Shown piece by piece: positions 60,280-61,924 of a stretch of 61,924 bases of DNA. This DNA comes from Candidatus Calescamantes bacterium (GTDB lineage: Bacteria > CAIJMQ01 > JAADFP01). A model generated the notes under the pieces. That model saw only the letters and a list, made by a program, of their open reading frames with translations. It was not told where the DNA came from and did no database searches. The translations under genes and the position numbers were made by a program. Position 1 is the first letter of the stretch, and every line of letters starts with the position of its first letter. The stretch is taken from the NCBI GenBank assembly GCA_021162785.1, contig JAGGYA010000018.1, positions 1 through 61,924 of the forward strand, written 5' to 3'.

Positions 60280-61706
60280 AAGTCCTCCTCATCAATCCCC
60301 CAGCTCTAAATACAATTGTAGCCAATAATCCACCTTTAATTGATGAGGAAAGGGGGATAAATCCTCCCCTTGGTCTTCTCTACCTTGCCTCTTCTCTTCG
60401 AGAGAAAGGGATAGATACTGAAGTTCTGGACACTCAGGTTGAAAGACTGGACTATGAGGAGCTTGGCAGAACACTTGAGGGGAAAAAATTTGATGTGGTG
60501 GGAATTACCTGTATGACCCTTACCCTTCTGGATGTTTTAGAAACAATTAAAGTGGTTAAAGAAATAAACCCTCACTGTAAAATTGTCCTGGGTGGTCCCC
60601 ATCCCCATATTTACCCGCAAGAAACCCTTAACCTCCAAGGAGTGGACTATGTGGTCATGGGAGAAGGGGAAATTGTTTTCCCTCAGCTTCTTTTATCTAT
60701 TCGTGAAGGGAGGAGTCCGGAAAAAATTCCGGGTATAGGATGGAAGGAAAATGGAGAAATCAGAATAAATCCCTTTCCTGGATATATTGAAAATCTGGAT
60801 GAACTACCTTTCCCTGCACGAGAACTTACTCCTTACCACAAGTATTACTCTATTCTCACTCCCAGAAGACCAGTAACCACCATGATCACCTCGCGAGGTT
60901 GTCCTTATTCCTGCATTTTTTGTGATCGTCCTCATCTGGGCAGGAAATTTCGAGCGAGATCTGCAGAAAATGTTGTTCAAGAAATGGAAGAATGCGAAAA
61001 ACTGGGGATTAAAGAGATTCTCATTTACGATGATACCTTTAATGTGGACAGAAGAAGGGTAATGGAAATCTGTGAATTGAAGAAAGAGAAAAAAGTGGGG
61101 ATTCATTGGGATGTGAGGGTCAGAGTGGACATCTTTGACCGAGAAATGGCAAGGAAGATGAAAGAAGCAGGATGTGAAAGACTTCACTTCGGAGTTGAAG
61201 CAGGGACAGAAAAGATTTTAAAGGTGCTGAAAAAAGGTATTACTCTTGAAGAAGCAAGGAGAGCTTTCCAAATAGCTAAGGAGGAAGGGTTAAAAACACT
61301 GGCCTATTTTATGATAGGTGCTCCTGGAGAAACGAGAGAGGATATCCTTGAAACCATCGAGTTTGCCCTCAAATTAAAACCTGATTATACCCATATCACC
61401 ATCCTCACACCCTTCCCCTCCACTGAACTTTATAAGGAAGGGGTAAAGAAAGGAATAATCCCGGATTTCTGGGGGGAATTTGCCCGTGAACCTCAGAAAG
61501 GTGCCAGAATCCACTACTGGGAGGAAATACTTACAGAAAATGAACTTCAGGAACTCTTAAAATATGCTTACCGCCGGTTTTACCTACGTCCTTCTTTTAT
61601 TCTTAAGGAAATTTTGAAGATCCGGTCCCTCCACGATTTTCTTTTGAGATTAAAAGGAGGATGGAACCTTCTCACGGGTAGAGGTACTCGTCTCAGAAGC
61701 CAGTAA
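60276..61706 (+). CDS. Cobalamin-binding (B12-dependent) radical SAM protein
   Basis: PPLGL.YLAS, GGPH, GEGE B12 domain; SRGCPYSC.FC CxxxCxxC; GVEAG, FMIG.P.ET. Confidence 0.92.
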   Translation: MKVLLINPPALNTIVANNPPLIDEERGINPPLGLLYLASSLREKGIDTEVLDTQVERLDYEELGRTLEGKKFDVVGITCMTLTLLDVLETIKVVKEINPHCKIVLGGPHPHIYPQETLNLQGVDYVVMGEGEIVFPQLLLSIREGRSPEKIPGIGWKENGEIRINPFPGYIENLDELPFPARELTPYHKYYSILTPRRPVTTMITSRGCPYSCIFCDRPHLGRKFRARSAENVVQEMEECEKLGIKEILIYDDTFNVDRRRVMEICELKKEKKVGIHWDVRVRVDIFDREMARKMKEAGCERLHFGVEAGTEKILKVLKKGITLEEARRAFQIAKEEGLKTLAYFMIGAPGETREDILETIEFALKLKPDYTHITILTPFPSTELYKEGVKKGIIPDFWGEFAREPQKGARIHYWEEILTENELQELLKYAYRRFYLRPSFILKEILKIRSLHDFLLRLKGGWNLLTGRGTRLRSQ

Positions 61707-61814
61707 TGACACAAAATTGAAAAGTGATAAAGGCCTGGATATAATTTAGCCAAGTGAGCCCGAAAGATTTTCGAATGAAAAAACCACTCCCCTTAATCCC
61801 TAACTTCCCAAATT

Positions 61815-61922
61815 TTAAGTAATAGGTATAGAAAAACTCTCCATTAACAATCTTGTTTGTTTAGGTATTTCAAGATCTATCCAGTGTGTTGAAACTTTCA
61901 CCTTTCTATATTTACTTAAGTA
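61815..61922 (-). CDS. Possible 3' end of a gene entering from beyond the window
   Basis: The only minus-strand frame open from the window edge: YLSKYRKVKVSTHWIDLEIPKQTRLLMESFSIPIT*. No recognisable motif. Confidence 0.3.
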   Translation of the reverse strand, partial: YLSKYRKVKVSTHWIDLEIPKQTRLLMESFSIPIT

Positions 61923-61924
61923 GA

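Overview
Densely coding, AT-rich chromosomal core region of a bacterium. The Lys/Glu-rich proteins suggest a thermophile; AsmA-like and DUF1559/prepilin-type proteins suggest a diderm, possibly PVC-affiliated or a candidate-phylum lineage (inference only). Contents in order: an MNT gene end and an FkbM methyltransferase pseudogene; carA-satD-satE-like-carB; a V/A-type ATPase operon (G/H-I-K-E-C-F) lacking A, B and D and coupled to parAB, with a perfect parS site; rpmH-yidD-yidC with no rnpA; pepP-efp-accB-accC-amaP-clpX-lon; hisH-guaA-hisF-purF...argJ-argB; a nucleotide-sugar dehydrogenase, panD, MFS, rpmB, recJ, rsmA, era; hsp20-lon2; secD-secF-thrS-pnp-M16-dut-ftsK; metF, amrS, dtd, GT2 and a B12 radical SAM. 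I saw no rRNA, tRNA, CRISPR array or transposase. Best leads: (1) a SatD (nucleotide-cyclase-like + HTH) / membrane-protein cassette with twin palindromes wedged inside carAB; (2) clean absence of rnpA from its conserved slot; (3) the ATPase operon without its catalytic head; (4) about ten apparently leaderless transcripts; (5) a fourU-like hairpin over the hsp20 ribosome-binding site. All calls were made by eye, without database searches.
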